Notes under the pieces: model-generated
What the model was told of the DNA's origin: nothing
The model's input: the letters and a program-made list of their open reading frames with translations, nothing else
Database searches by the model: none
Shown: positions 17,357-26,792 of the stretch, piece by piece
How the letters are laid out: every line of letters starts with the position of its first letter
How positions within the stretch are numbered: the first letter of the stretch is position 1
From: a virus
IMG/VR virus record: IMGVR_UViG_3300009702_000017
Span: 1 to 36,314 of that record
Length of the DNA: 36,314 nt
Reading direction: 5' to 3' (one strand)
Position numbers and translations under genes: made by a program

Positions 17357-19870
17357 TTATGCTGTTTGCTGGACCGGAGAAACGGTGATACCCACAGGAA
17401 CGAAGTAGATGGCGCCGGCCTGCTTCACTTCTGCGTTCACAACAACTCCCCCACCGGTCAAAACGGCGGTGGCGTTTCTGTATCCACGTGGGGCAGTATC
17501 ATCAGCGACAATGAACTTTGCCTTGAGCAAATTGCCCATGATCTGTCGGAAATCCGAGAGGGCAACTGGTGCGCTCACCTTTGAATTCGGGCGCCCCACA
17601 ATCGCATTGTCCATGCCATCGAGAACAGTCAGGGCGATGATGTTGGCCACATACACAGCCTGCAAACTGTTGTACAAGAAGTTGCTGTCCTTGCTATACG
17701 TAGTCTGGTCAGACACCCAGTGGTAGCCGCCCGTCTTGACTCTCTTGGCCACAAGGAGACCAGCCTTCAGCGCTTCCTCGACCTGGGTATCGTCCTGGTC
17801 ATTGAAATCTCCAGCAGCCTGGAGTACCCCAACGGTGTTGATGTACTTGTGAATTATTGGCTCTACACCACCGGCCAACTGCATTGCCGCTGCATCCACC
17901 GCAGTCATCCAAGGATGGAACGTCTTAACGCTTCCAGTAGAATCGGTAGCCTTGAAGTCCTGGAAAGCCATAGCCATTGTGAAGTCTGCCATGTTGGCAG
18001 CCGCATCGAGAGCATCATTGAAGGTCCCACGGTACGATGCGATACCCTGGCGATTGCGACGACGCTTGATAGTGCTCATTGTATCGACGTGAGTCTTCAG
18101 GTTACTGTTGACTGCCGCAATGGTGTAGGTCGAAGCGCCATCGGTGAGCCCATCGGTGATGTCCGCAGTCGCATCCCGAGAGAAAAGGGTAACAACCATG
18201 TTCCCATCGACCTTCTCTAGTGCTGCGAGAGCACCTAGAACGTCTCCATCGGAAGTACCACCCTTTGTCCCACCAGAAAGGAAGGCTGTAGTAGCTACAT
18301 CAGGAAGACCAGCTGCCGCACGAGCCGGGGTAGCACCAAGCTGCACAAGCTGGGTATCTGCCACTGCATTGTAGAAGCGATAGGCATCGAGCTTGACGCG
18401 ACCGGTGTTGACACCATTTACAGTGACGCAACCGACAGTCACTTGATCGAGAGCGCTACTTGGAAGCTGACCAAGAGTAGCCGTTCCTGCGCTAGCAGTC
18501 CAACCAGTCAATGTGTTGATGTAGGCCACCAAGTCTGCGATGGTGGGATAGTCTGCGAAGGCGAGTTCGCCAGAAGAGGGGAAGGATGCGCCTGTGCCAC
18601 CAGTAGCTGTACCGGTAACACCAGTCGTACTGACAGTAACAGAAGCGGTTGTTCCGACGTAGCCAATAGTGAGACCAACGTCTCCACCTGCGATGAAGGA
18701 CTCTACAATGCCATCCTTCTTGCGACCATCGGTAAGCTTTACCTTGTACTCGGCAGAACTTGTGAGCACATACGGAGTAGTGGATGTTGAAATCCAGGTA
18801 ACAGGAGTCGTATCCAGCTGGAACACATAGCTATTGAACGTATCCGTACCGGTTCCTGTGTCAGCGATCTCAAGCGAAAGCCCCTGCCCGCTCACAGGCG
18901 TAGCAACCGATGAAGAAACAGTGATTGGTGAATACACGTCAATGTCGGTTGCCGCAGCAACGGCGGCTGACGCCACATTAGCAGGGGCAGTGATTGTCCC
19001 AGCTACAGCACTTCCGCTTCCACCATCGGAAAGCTTAGTAGCAGTGATACTCGCAGAAGTAGCGGCGGTGACAACGTAACCACCTACATTCTCGCCACTC
19101 GCGCCGGCAACGACAGATCCAATCGGGATCACAAGGGTATCGCCTACCGTTGGGGTAACACCAAAGGTTCCGTCGTAGTCAACACGCACGGTGTTGCCAG
19201 AGACAACAGTGAGGGTCAGGTGATTGGTAGCGAGAGTCAATGCAAGCGCACGAAGCGCACCTCCAGTTACGGTGGTATCAACAGTAGCCAATGCCGTTGC
19301 AACGTCCGAAGGGACAGAACCAGCTGGGAAGAGGCCACTTGCCGTGGTCACGTCTCCATTGGCAATGATCTTGTATCCAACGGTCCCAACGTTTGGGATC
19401 CAAGTGAACTGACCAGTAGTAGGAACAACCTGGGCCTGATACTGGGATACGTCGAAGTAGATTAGGTTGCCAAGTTTACCATATGACTTGTCGTCAAGGG
19501 TAGCGTATGTACCACCGCCAATAGCCGGCAGGTTTGCAGAAGCCTTGGTTCCCGCATTTGTCTTGGCCAGGACGATCGTAGCTGGGGCACCTGTGATAAT
19601 GTTGTCACTACCGGGCTGGACGGCCTTCAGGAAGGCATCTACCAGAGGTCCAGAGCCATACTTCGCCAACACAGCCGCAGCTGAAGTAGGACCAAATACG
19701 TTCTTCGAAAGGTCATCCTCAAGAGTGTAGTCTTCGCCAGCGTCCGCTTCGCCAACCAACATCAAAACGCCAGTTGTTGCCACGCCCGCAGGCTGAGGCT
19801 TGACGGTCGTCTTTACGTATGCCCCTGGGATATATACGGTCCCACCGCTAGTCAAAATGCTTTGTGCCAT
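17357..19870 (-). CDS. Contractile tail sheath protein
   Basis: YIPGAYV N-terminus, MLVGEADAGE, AAAVLAKYGSGPLVDA and DQTTY...N motifs of SPO1/Twort-type sheaths; 837 aa with Thr/Ala/Gly-rich insertions. Confidence 0.9.
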   Translation of the reverse strand: MAQSILTSGGTVYIPGAYVKTTVKPQPAGVATTGVLMLVGEADAGEDYTLEDDLSKNVFGPTSAAAVLAKYGSGPLVDAFLKAVQPGSDNIITGAPATIVLAKTNAGTKASANLPAIGGGTYATLDDKSYGKLGNLIYFDVSQYQAQVVPTTGQFTWIPNVGTVGYKIIANGDVTTASGLFPAGSVPSDVATALATVDTTVTGGALRALALTLATNHLTLTVVSGNTVRVDYDGTFGVTPTVGDTLVIPIGSVVAGASGENVGGYVVTAATSASITATKLSDGGSGSAVAGTITAPANVASAAVAAATDIDVYSPITVSSSVATPVSGQGLSLEIADTGTGTDTFNSYVFQLDTTPVTWISTSTTPYVLTSSAEYKVKLTDGRKKDGIVESFIAGGDVGLTIGYVGTTASVTVSTTGVTGTATGGTGASFPSSGELAFADYPTIADLVAYINTLTGWTASAGTATLGQLPSSALDQVTVGCVTVNGVNTGRVKLDAYRFYNAVADTQLVQLGATPARAAAGLPDVATTAFLSGGTKGGTSDGDVLGALAALEKVDGNMVVTLFSRDATADITDGLTDGASTYTIAAVNSNLKTHVDTMSTIKRRRNRQGIASYRGTFNDALDAAANMADFTMAMAFQDFKATDSTGSVKTFHPWMTAVDAAAMQLAGGVEPIIHKYINTVGVLQAAGDFNDQDDTQVEEALKAGLLVAKRVKTGGYHWVSDQTTYSKDSNFLYNSLQAVYVANIIALTVLDGMDNAIVGRPNSKVSAPVALSDFRQIMGNLLKAKFIVADDTAPRGYRNATAVLTGGGVVVNAEVKQAGAIYFVPVGITVSPVQQTA

Positions 19871-19887
19871 GTTCTATCTCCAGTCGT

Positions 19888-19895
19888 ATAGATTG
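19888..19895 (-). promoter_or_regulatory. Putative late-promoter motif CAATCTAT
   Basis: Intergenic; 25 nt before the sheath ATG with a GGAG SD in between. Confidence 0.65.
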
Positions 19896-19909
19896 CGACC
19901 ACCGTTGTT

Positions 19910-21487
19910 TTACTTGTGCTCTCCGGCCTCGGACTTCTTCGCGTCCTCCAGGGCCTTGACGTGGCGCGGATGGACGCCGTGGATCACCGACCGATCCCCC
20001 TTCCACAGGATCCTGTGTTCGGGGTCGGCATCATTGCCTTCGGACTTGTTTGTGGGAGCACCACTACGAAGAGCCGAACGGAAGCGACCAATGAGAGAGG
20101 ACTTTCCAGGAGCCGCGCCGGCTGCCCCTGCCAGCGTAGGTGGCTTAGGTGGGCGCAGAGGTGGGTTCATACCAGCGAACTTGTCCTTGGCGGGAGCCGG
20201 AGGTGCGCCAAACTTGGCACCGTTCGCAGCGTTTACGTCACTCATGTCATAGTGACTAGCGGCACGCGGTTGAGCCGGGGCCGCTGGAGTTGCCTCCGCT
20301 CCCCCCATGCTTGTTGAACGGGCGTGAGCAGCTTCCGCGCCCGCATTCGCGGAATTGCGGAACGGTAGATGGGCCTTATGCAAACTTCCGCTCTTCTCCA
20401 AAGCACACTTGCGAATCTCCGCAACCGACTTCGTAAGACCACCCACACTTGGAGATCCAACCTTAGAGGTCGGGACCTTATCGGTAACGCCAGTTGGAGG
20501 CTTTGCCATTGGGGGCTCTGCTTTGGAAATCGCATCGGTCATGAACGTATCGTTGGTCTTGTTGCCCATTGGGGGCACACGGCGACCAGCGGGAGCACGA
20601 GTTTCACCACCATTACCGGGTGACTGCTTGGTCTGGGTGGCACCGGGAGGCATCGAGCCACCAAGTTCTGGGCGATTCACTACACCACCACCACGCTTAC
20701 CCATGCCAAGTACATCTTGTGCATTCACATTGCTAGAGGTGTGCTTGGGTGTCCCTGGCTTGGTCCCCTTTGGAGTACCCCTCTTCTCTTCACCACCGTT
20801 TGAGCCATCAGATTTATCTTCGGCTGCGCCAGCCTTCTGGGTTCCACCCTTGCCTTCAGCAGCAGGCCCTTGCTTCTTGCCCTTGCCAGCCTTGGACTTG
20901 ATGGAATCAGAAGTCGGTCCACCGCCCTTAGCCTTCTTTTTCTTCTCCTTCTTTCCTACCTTCTTACCCTTCTTGATCTGCCCGCCAGAACCTTCACCTT
21001 CAGGGCGCTCTTCCGATGCCTTGTCTTCCGGCGTCACCCCGTCCTTCTGAATGGTCTTGATTCGCTTGCCATAGGTATTTTCGTTTTCTAGGTCAATGAC
21101 CTCTTCGGTCTTGCCAAGGTGCTCTAGCCGAATCTCTGACTTGGCGAGCGTAGAATAGCAACCGCAGGGAAACTCAGACCGTCCGCAAATGACACACGCA
21201 TTTTTGTGCTTTGCAAGCTTGTTGACCTCTCGCTCCCGCATCTTCTGGAGATTATCTTTGTACTTCTCGATGCCGTCCTTCAACACCTCCAAAATAGGAT
21301 AGCGAAGATCATAGGCGTCGTAATCTTCCGACTTCTCGACATCCTTACCACCGGAATGATGCTTCATACGCTTGAAAATGGACATGACATACTTCCAGTC
21401 CTTGGCGTGACCCTCCTTTTCTGCCTGGGCCTTTGCATTCTTCCAATATCTCTCGTCTGCTGGTGTCTTCACTACGGTACTTGGCAT
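19910..21487 (-). CDS. Low-complexity putative head-internal/scaffold-like protein with many K-S/A motifs
   Basis: Start ATG 21487 (GAAGGAG SD; TAATCTAT at 21505..21512). N-terminal MPSTVVKTPADERYWKNAKAQAEKEGHAKDWKYVMSIFKRM helical module, CxxC-x6-CxC, Lys/Gly/Pro-rich disorder. Confidence 0.7.
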   Translation of the reverse strand: MPSTVVKTPADERYWKNAKAQAEKEGHAKDWKYVMSIFKRMKHHSGGKDVEKSEDYDAYDLRYPILEVLKDGIEKYKDNLQKMREREVNKLAKHKNACVICGRSEFPCGCYSTLAKSEIRLEHLGKTEEVIDLENENTYGKRIKTIQKDGVTPEDKASEERPEGEGSGGQIKKGKKVGKKEKKKKAKGGGPTSDSIKSKAGKGKKQGPAAEGKGGTQKAGAAEDKSDGSNGGEEKRGTPKGTKPGTPKHTSSNVNAQDVLGMGKRGGGVVNRPELGGSMPPGATQTKQSPGNGGETRAPAGRRVPPMGNKTNDTFMTDAISKAEPPMAKPPTGVTDKVPTSKVGSPSVGGLTKSVAEIRKCALEKSGSLHKAHLPFRNSANAGAEAAHARSTSMGGAEATPAAPAQPRAASHYDMSDVNAANGAKFGAPPAPAKDKFAGMNPPLRPPKPPTLAGAAGAAPGKSSLIGRFRSALRSGAPTNKSEGNDADPEHRILWKGDRSVIHGVHPRHVKALEDAKKSEAGEHK

Positions 21488-21522
21488 GCGAACTCCTTCA
21501 CACAATAGATTACGACTGATAG

Positions 21523-22497
21523 TTAACTACCTAGGGTAAGTGCATCTTTCTCGCCTACCCAAATGGAATTACTTGCTTCATGACCAGCGGGAAGATGGTC
21601 CCCTCCGATCATCTTGATTTGTGTTTCAGCACCCTGGAGCTTATCCGAGATGTGTTTTGGCCATGTGTGCTCGGATACGCCCTTCAGTGTGATGTAGCGG
21701 CTGTAGGCTTGCTGTGGGGAGATGTCTTGCTCTGGGGCAAACTGTGAGCTACTTATGGACGTTACCTGTAGCCCCCTGTCCTCAAAGTACGCCTCCCTGT
21801 ATCGAAGTAGGATGAACATCACAATCGAGTGAAGGTAAATGGCCTCCAACTGGTCATTGGCTACATGGCACCCAATCTGGTAGTTGTCAGAGGTGCGAGT
21901 TGACTCAATCTCCATGGTCTGCGGAGGCTTGGCGCTTTTGATAACGCACATACCAAAGTCCGCAATTGTTCCTACGGGCACTTTCACCTGAGTCCTAGAC
22001 AGTACTTCTTCGATGGGCACCTGATTGCCTACGCTATCTACAATAACCTGTCCTGGAAAGATCAAGAGGCTATCTGCAATGGCAGTTGGAATTACAAGCA
22101 AGCCAGTAGAGGCATCGTATGATACAGGAGTGAATTTGTCACTCAGCGTTGGCCAACTGATTTCAATGTCCTCGCCAGATACATAGTGAATGTCTCCTAG
22201 CGTCTTATAGGACTCTTGGTTTGGCTGAATCGACAAGGTGATCGCTGGGAGGTCTGATATCTCGATGAGGTCCGCCATCTTCACTTTGATGTCAGTTGCC
22301 AGAAACCACTTCTTGGCCGAATCGATAGAAGCCTGACCATAGTTTTTGGTGGTCATGGGGTCTGCATTGAGAGAAGCAAAACAGAAATCCAGGAGATAGG
22401 CGTTCCTACGCAAATCGTTCAAGCCAGCCACCAACCCGCTTCGCAAGATGATGTCTGGTTGAAAGATGCCCAGTACCTCTTTGGAGCCATACGCCAT
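21523..22497 (-). CDS. Neck / tail-completion-like virion protein
   Basis: Position upstream of the sheath; LPAITLSI...E and YSRYITL strands resemble tail-terminator proteins. Start ATG 22497 is 13 nt from CAATCTTT. Confidence 0.6.
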   Translation of the reverse strand: MAYGSKEVLGIFQPDIILRSGLVAGLNDLRRNAYLLDFCFASLNADPMTTKNYGQASIDSAKKWFLATDIKVKMADLIEISDLPAITLSIQPNQESYKTLGDIHYVSGEDIEISWPTLSDKFTPVSYDASTGLLVIPTAIADSLLIFPGQVIVDSVGNQVPIEEVLSRTQVKVPVGTIADFGMCVIKSAKPPQTMEIESTRTSDNYQIGCHVANDQLEAIYLHSIVMFILLRYREAYFEDRGLQVTSISSSQFAPEQDISPQQAYSRYITLKGVSEHTWPKHISDKLQGAETQIKMIGGDHLPAGHEASNSIWVGEKDALTLGS

Positions 22498-22502
22498 ACC
22501 CC

Positions 22503-22528
22503 AAAGATTGTGGCTGAACACAATCTAG
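22503..22528. promoter_or_regulatory. Back-to-back pair of putative late-promoter motifs
   Basis: AGATTGTG-gctgaa-CACAATCT inverted repeat; each CAATCT is 13 nt from a divergent ATG (22497 -, 22534 +). Confidence 0.7.
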
Positions 22529-22533
22529 CTTGT

Positions 22534-22845
22534 ATGGACAGACAACAGGCAGAGTGGGCCGCAAACATCATCAGACAGGTGGTACAGCGACGCAAGGAGA
22601 AGTTCGAAACCGCCAATATTCTACGTACCCAAATGGTACGTCAAATCAATGCCGGACAGAAGCCAACTGGCTATCGTGCACATTGGCACTACGAATCAGC
22701 CAAGGAACTCAGAGACAAGCTCGTTGAGATTGCCACGCGCTTCAACGCAGAGCATCCCTACGATGTAGCTACTATCACAGACCTGATTGACATCCTCCAT
22801 ACGACTGCCGGGCAATTCAAGCAGGCAATCCAGGGAACGGACTAG
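22534..22845 (+). CDS. Hypothetical protein antisense within the structural block (103 aa)
   Basis: Fills the gap exactly; shares a CTAG stop overlap with 22842..23669. Confidence 0.7.
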   Translation: MDRQQAEWAANIIRQVVQRRKEKFETANILRTQMVRQINAGQKPTGYRAHWHYESAKELRDKLVEIATRFNAEHPYDVATITDLIDILHTTAGQFKQAIQGTD

Positions 22846-23669
22846 ACCCACTGGATCACATAGTCAAGGACCATGGGGGCGATTTTGTCTTCCCATTCCT
22901 TGAGCGCCCACTCGGCTCCCTCGTCAAGAAAATTCTTGGGCTCTAGTCCGGGGTGAACCCACTTGCCGGTTCCCTTCTGCTTGCTGGATGCGACCCTGAA
23001 GGTCATGATAGACCGTTGTACATGGGGCTTGCCCTGCTTGTCATTGGTCATGCGCTGATAGACCGAGATACCCTGTAGAAAAGGTGTACCTGTCCAACCC
23101 TGCTTCACATCCCCGATTGACCCTCGACCTTGGCCCGGTCCCTCACGGGTCTTCTTGGGCTGATTCATGATGTTGAAGGTGTGCAGCTTCCCGAGCATGG
23201 GCTTGCCGTTCTCCCCCCTTTCAATTGTACCAAACGGAATCCCCGCCTTCTTGAACGCAGCCTTGATGGTGCTGGTTAGATCCTGCTGTGCTGGCGTAGA
23301 GTTCGTGGGGCCAAGTCCAGGTCCATGTCTGAATGGCACGACAATGTACTTGCTACCATCTTTTGCGGTCTTTGCCTTTGGAGACTTCAGTAGATCGTCC
23401 AACATCTCATGCTCTGGCATACCATCTTCAATCCACCTGGCAGAAGCATCGAGCGTGATCATCCACACACCATCTACCTCCTTCATGTGCAGGGACTCCA
23501 GGTACTTCTCTCTTCTGCTGTGGAGAGACTGCTGTACCTTCTCAAGGATGTGCCCGTACGTCGCAGCGGTAAGCTGTTGAACGGCTGTGTCCATGGCTTT
23601 CTCCGCTGCGTCTGGAAGCCTGTCTGTAAACTGCTCTAACTCACTAAAATCTACGTTGATGTGAAACAT
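22842..23669 (-). CDS. Neck / virion morphogenesis protein (gp10-like)
   Basis: ARWIEDG, DGSKYIVVPFRH, IMTFRVASSK and WVHPGLEPKNF motifs seen in large-myovirus neck proteins. Confidence 0.65.
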   Translation of the reverse strand: MFHINVDFSELEQFTDRLPDAAEKAMDTAVQQLTAATYGHILEKVQQSLHSRREKYLESLHMKEVDGVWMITLDASARWIEDGMPEHEMLDDLLKSPKAKTAKDGSKYIVVPFRHGPGLGPTNSTPAQQDLTSTIKAAFKKAGIPFGTIERGENGKPMLGKLHTFNIMNQPKKTREGPGQGRGSIGDVKQGWTGTPFLQGISVYQRMTNDKQGKPHVQRSIMTFRVASSKQKGTGKWVHPGLEPKNFLDEGAEWALKEWEDKIAPMVLDYVIQWV

Positions 23670-23670
23670 G

Positions 23671-26229
23671 TTACCTACCGTTCGGGTTACGTGAAGAGAT
23701 TGGGTGGCCTTCCTGCGACATTATCATTCCATCTCGTACCTGCACCCACGAAACAGTGCCGTCCGAATGCTCTACTTTGATCTGCCCAACCTTCCTAGTA
23801 CCACCTGGGCCCGCATCCTTCACGCTTCCCACTGGTAGATTCAAGTGATGGTGCGCTGGCGCTCCTGGCATCGGCAGATTACCAATACCTGACTTATCGA
23901 GACCTTGTTCTGACGAGTGAGAATGTACATCATACTTCCCTGGCTCAACAATATGCTCTCGTTCCTCCCTGAAGGGGTTTGAGCCAGCCCCCGAGGCATT
24001 CCCATACATGTGCGGAATGCTCACAATACTAGACTGAGGAATCCAAGCGCCAAGGAACTCCGACTTACTATCTGGATCCCAAAAGTTCTCGTTAACGTAC
24101 TTGCTATCGGGGGACCATGAGCTACGGCTTGGAATCGATACCTTTCCAGGAGCGGATTCGAAATCTACATCATATGGGTGTGCCGCTCTCCACATCAAAA
24201 ACTCCCGTTCGTTTGTAGTTGGATTCATCCGAACATCAGTGAGCCCATGAAGACGATGCAACCCGCGCTTCAAAAGGTTCTGCTCATCTTCACCATCTTC
24301 ATCCATCCTTGGAATTTCTTCTTTAGCAGATTCACCGTTATGTTGCCAAAACTCAATCTCGGATCTTGGCTCTACGGAACTTGGGGTTGCAGGCGCAAGT
24401 CTCTTCATCGCACCATCAGCCTTGTCCAACGACTCCTCTGACTTTAAGGTGTACTCGTAAGGCCCGTATGCATCGTCATACGCCTCGGGAGGCATACCGG
24501 GCTCCGTACCCTGTCCGATCTTCCTCTTGTTGATTCTCGGTGTTTCCAAGTACTCTAGTCCATGCTTCCTTGCCAATGATTCATGAACTCGTTGTGCCAT
24601 GGAAGAATGGGTGTCGCCAATAACGTACCTTGCACCGTGCTTGTGATAAGCATGAGCGTAAACGGCCTCGTATAGCGGATTCCCGAGACCCTTACCATGA
24701 AGGGCTGGGGGGAGCTGTACATAGTCTACAGACAGACTTGGCGCATCATCTTCTGCATCATCATCAAGGTAAGCACTCAAGTTATGGTATGGGTCGATGG
24801 CCATATCCTTGAAATACAAATTGCTTCTAAGTCCATGTCCATCGTCACTAACATACAGCTTGTAGCCTTCCGCCCTACGCTCTGGGGGCAATAGATGTGA
24901 GTAGTCGTAGCGCTTATTTCTTCGACCTGGGTAAGCTCCATCAATCTTTCCCGCTGGAATATCTGCGATAGCCATTTTTTCAAGTGACTCTTCTGACTTC
25001 TGAAACCGTGTGAACGCTTCTGTTACGAACTTGTGAGTACGGTAGTAATCGGGATCCTCTTTCAGATGCGCCCAAGCAATCTTGCCAGTCTTGAGGGGAT
25101 CAAAGTTGGCGATATTGGTCTGTGGATCCTCGCTATGCTCTACCTCAACCGCCATTCCAAGATGAAAGTCGTTGAGAGTGAACTGCTCATTATCGAAGTC
25201 AATACCGAGGGCTCTAGCTGTCTCGTCAGCCTCTTTCGAAGACACACCGTCCCTAAGGTTCACTGCATTGTCATGGACCTGTGCAGGTTGTCCACCAAAC
25301 TCGCCATTCTCCTCTTGAGGCGCACCAGTAGGATCGCCTGCACCCTCAACAGGATCTCCCATGTCCGCCTTATCAAGTGGCTCTGGAACTGACCCTAGCG
25401 ATCCTTCAACACGCTCAATGCGAAACTTACCGGACTCTGAAGCCCGACCCCTTTCCCTGGAATGTTTCTTGAGGGAGCGTGCCATGTCAATGACCGAATG
25501 AGTCATCATCATAAGCGTATTGTAAGCATCCGGGTCTGTCTGCTTTAGCTGCCCTAGCTGGGGGGCCTTTGCTTTGATCTGCTTCAACGCATCTACGACA
25601 CGTTGCTTGGCCATCTCAAGCGTCTGGTCATCTACGGCTGTGTTGGTCGCCTCCTTCTCATGCGTGGCCTGCGCAAGCTCGTGTAGCCGGTCATGGAAGT
25701 CCTTCGCCGCATCACCATGGTCTTCAGGTCGTTCGTCTTCTGACTTTCCAATGGGATCATCCGTAAAGGCTTTTTGCTCGGGAAGTTCCTTTAGATACTC
25801 ATCTCCGATCTTGTCTAGCTCGCCCTGACTCTTGTACTTCTCCTGGGCGCGTTGATACTCTTCGGCTGCCTCGTCGGTCCACAGAACGATGCGATTGCCA
25901 CCCCGTAGCTTGGCGACCATAAGGGCTTTGTCCCCTTCGGAGAGCTTGTAGCCAATGCCTACAGACAGGGTAGCGCCTACAGCCTTCTGGTACTTGCGCT
26001 GGACCTCTGGTAGATTTGCCACTTTGGCAGCAGGTACTCGCACCCGGGCTTCATCTCCCCCATAGGAGATCACCGTACCTCCAGATGAACGAACCCAATC
26101 GGCCACCACCTCATTGCCATGCTCGATTGCACGGCTGATTCGACGCAGCCCAGCTTCATCGTCGTTATGAGCAGCCCGCCCCACACGACTACCGATTTTA
26201 TCGCCGTCCACCGCTACATATAGGTCCAT
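23671..26229 (-). CDS. Polyvalent protein: mCpol-like + DUF5661 + GNAT + ADP-ribosyltransferase-like domains
   Basis: aa1-117 YVAVDGDKIG..SYGGDE..TLSVGIG..ALMVAK; aa~328-398 GMAVEVEH..KIAWAHLKEDPDYY; aa~419-595 LPPALHGKGLGNPLY; aa~604-770 WR..SSWS..EEREHIV. Confidence 0.8.
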   Translation of the reverse strand: MDLYVAVDGDKIGSRVGRAAHNDDEAGLRRISRAIEHGNEVVADWVRSSGGTVISYGGDEARVRVPAAKVANLPEVQRKYQKAVGATLSVGIGYKLSEGDKALMVAKLRGGNRIVLWTDEAAEEYQRAQEKYKSQGELDKIGDEYLKELPEQKAFTDDPIGKSEDERPEDHGDAAKDFHDRLHELAQATHEKEATNTAVDDQTLEMAKQRVVDALKQIKAKAPQLGQLKQTDPDAYNTLMMMTHSVIDMARSLKKHSRERGRASESGKFRIERVEGSLGSVPEPLDKADMGDPVEGAGDPTGAPQEENGEFGGQPAQVHDNAVNLRDGVSSKEADETARALGIDFDNEQFTLNDFHLGMAVEVEHSEDPQTNIANFDPLKTGKIAWAHLKEDPDYYRTHKFVTEAFTRFQKSEESLEKMAIADIPAGKIDGAYPGRRNKRYDYSHLLPPERRAEGYKLYVSDDGHGLRSNLYFKDMAIDPYHNLSAYLDDDAEDDAPSLSVDYVQLPPALHGKGLGNPLYEAVYAHAYHKHGARYVIGDTHSSMAQRVHESLARKHGLEYLETPRINKRKIGQGTEPGMPPEAYDDAYGPYEYTLKSEESLDKADGAMKRLAPATPSSVEPRSEIEFWQHNGESAKEEIPRMDEDGEDEQNLLKRGLHRLHGLTDVRMNPTTNEREFLMWRAAHPYDVDFESAPGKVSIPSRSSWSPDSKYVNENFWDPDSKSEFLGAWIPQSSIVSIPHMYGNASGAGSNPFREEREHIVEPGKYDVHSHSSEQGLDKSGIGNLPMPGAPAHHHLNLPVGSVKDAGPGGTRKVGQIKVEHSDGTVSWVQVRDGMIMSQEGHPISSRNPNGR

Positions 26230-26234
26230 GCCTC

Positions 26235-26242
26235 AAAGATTG
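26235..26242 (-). promoter_or_regulatory. Putative late-promoter motif CAATCTTT (leaderless spacing)
   Basis: 13 nt before ATG 26229. Confidence 0.6.
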
Positions 26243-26296
26243 CTGCGTAGGCTTGAAAAAGCGGTTTCTGTGCTGTATCTGTATCTTGAGGGAACT

Positions 26297-26553
26297 ATGA
26301 CTACCATGCACGTCGTCCCCAAGACCCTAGACCTCCTGACGATCCAGCGGACCAATGACACGGATCTGTACCCCTATTGTGGCGAACAGCTCGAAACCGA
26401 GGACCTGTTGTTGCAGGATGGATTGATCACGAAGATCCCACTTTACATGGGTGGGATTACACTGCGCGCCTATGGATTCACAATCACCCCAAGGGTCGGG
26501 ATTTGCTGAAGAAGTGGCTCAGGATGCTCATAAACGACATCAAATCTACTTGA
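26297..26553 (+). pseudogene. Frameshifted small protein (winged-helix-like end)
   Basis: ATG 26297 after GAGGGA. Adding one C to the C4 run (26487..26490) gives ...FTITPKGRDLLKKWLRMLINDIKST*. Confidence 0.5.
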
Positions 26554-26593
26554 CCCGTTTGTTTTGAACACTAATCTAGCTGTATACATATTG

Positions 26594-26776
26594 ATGAGAA
26601 AGGTTAGAGACATGGCCACGCGAATCAAGAACTGGATAGATTGTCTACTCACCGGACATACGTACCGGATACACTTTTTCCACGGATCCATGGCGAGAAC
26701 CCCCCGCAAGCTCAACGCCTACTACGTCTGCGAGCATTGTGGACGCACAGAAGGTGTTGACAACCGTCTCAAGTAG
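26594..26776 (+). CDS. Small C..GH...CxxCG protein (DUF1660-like)
   Basis: DCLLTGHTY...YVCEHCGRTE pattern. Confidence 0.6.
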   Translation: MRKVRDMATRIKNWIDCLLTGHTYRIHFFHGSMARTPRKLNAYYVCEHCGRTEGVDNRLK

Positions 26777-26792
26777 TATTATGGTACAGACA

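Noticed and set aside
25879-26229. Ordinary diguanylate cyclase or a type III CRISPR locus
   Set aside because: It lacks the D.D.FK..ND..GH motif of GGDEF cyclases (it has DGD.IG instead), and there are no cas genes or array in the window.
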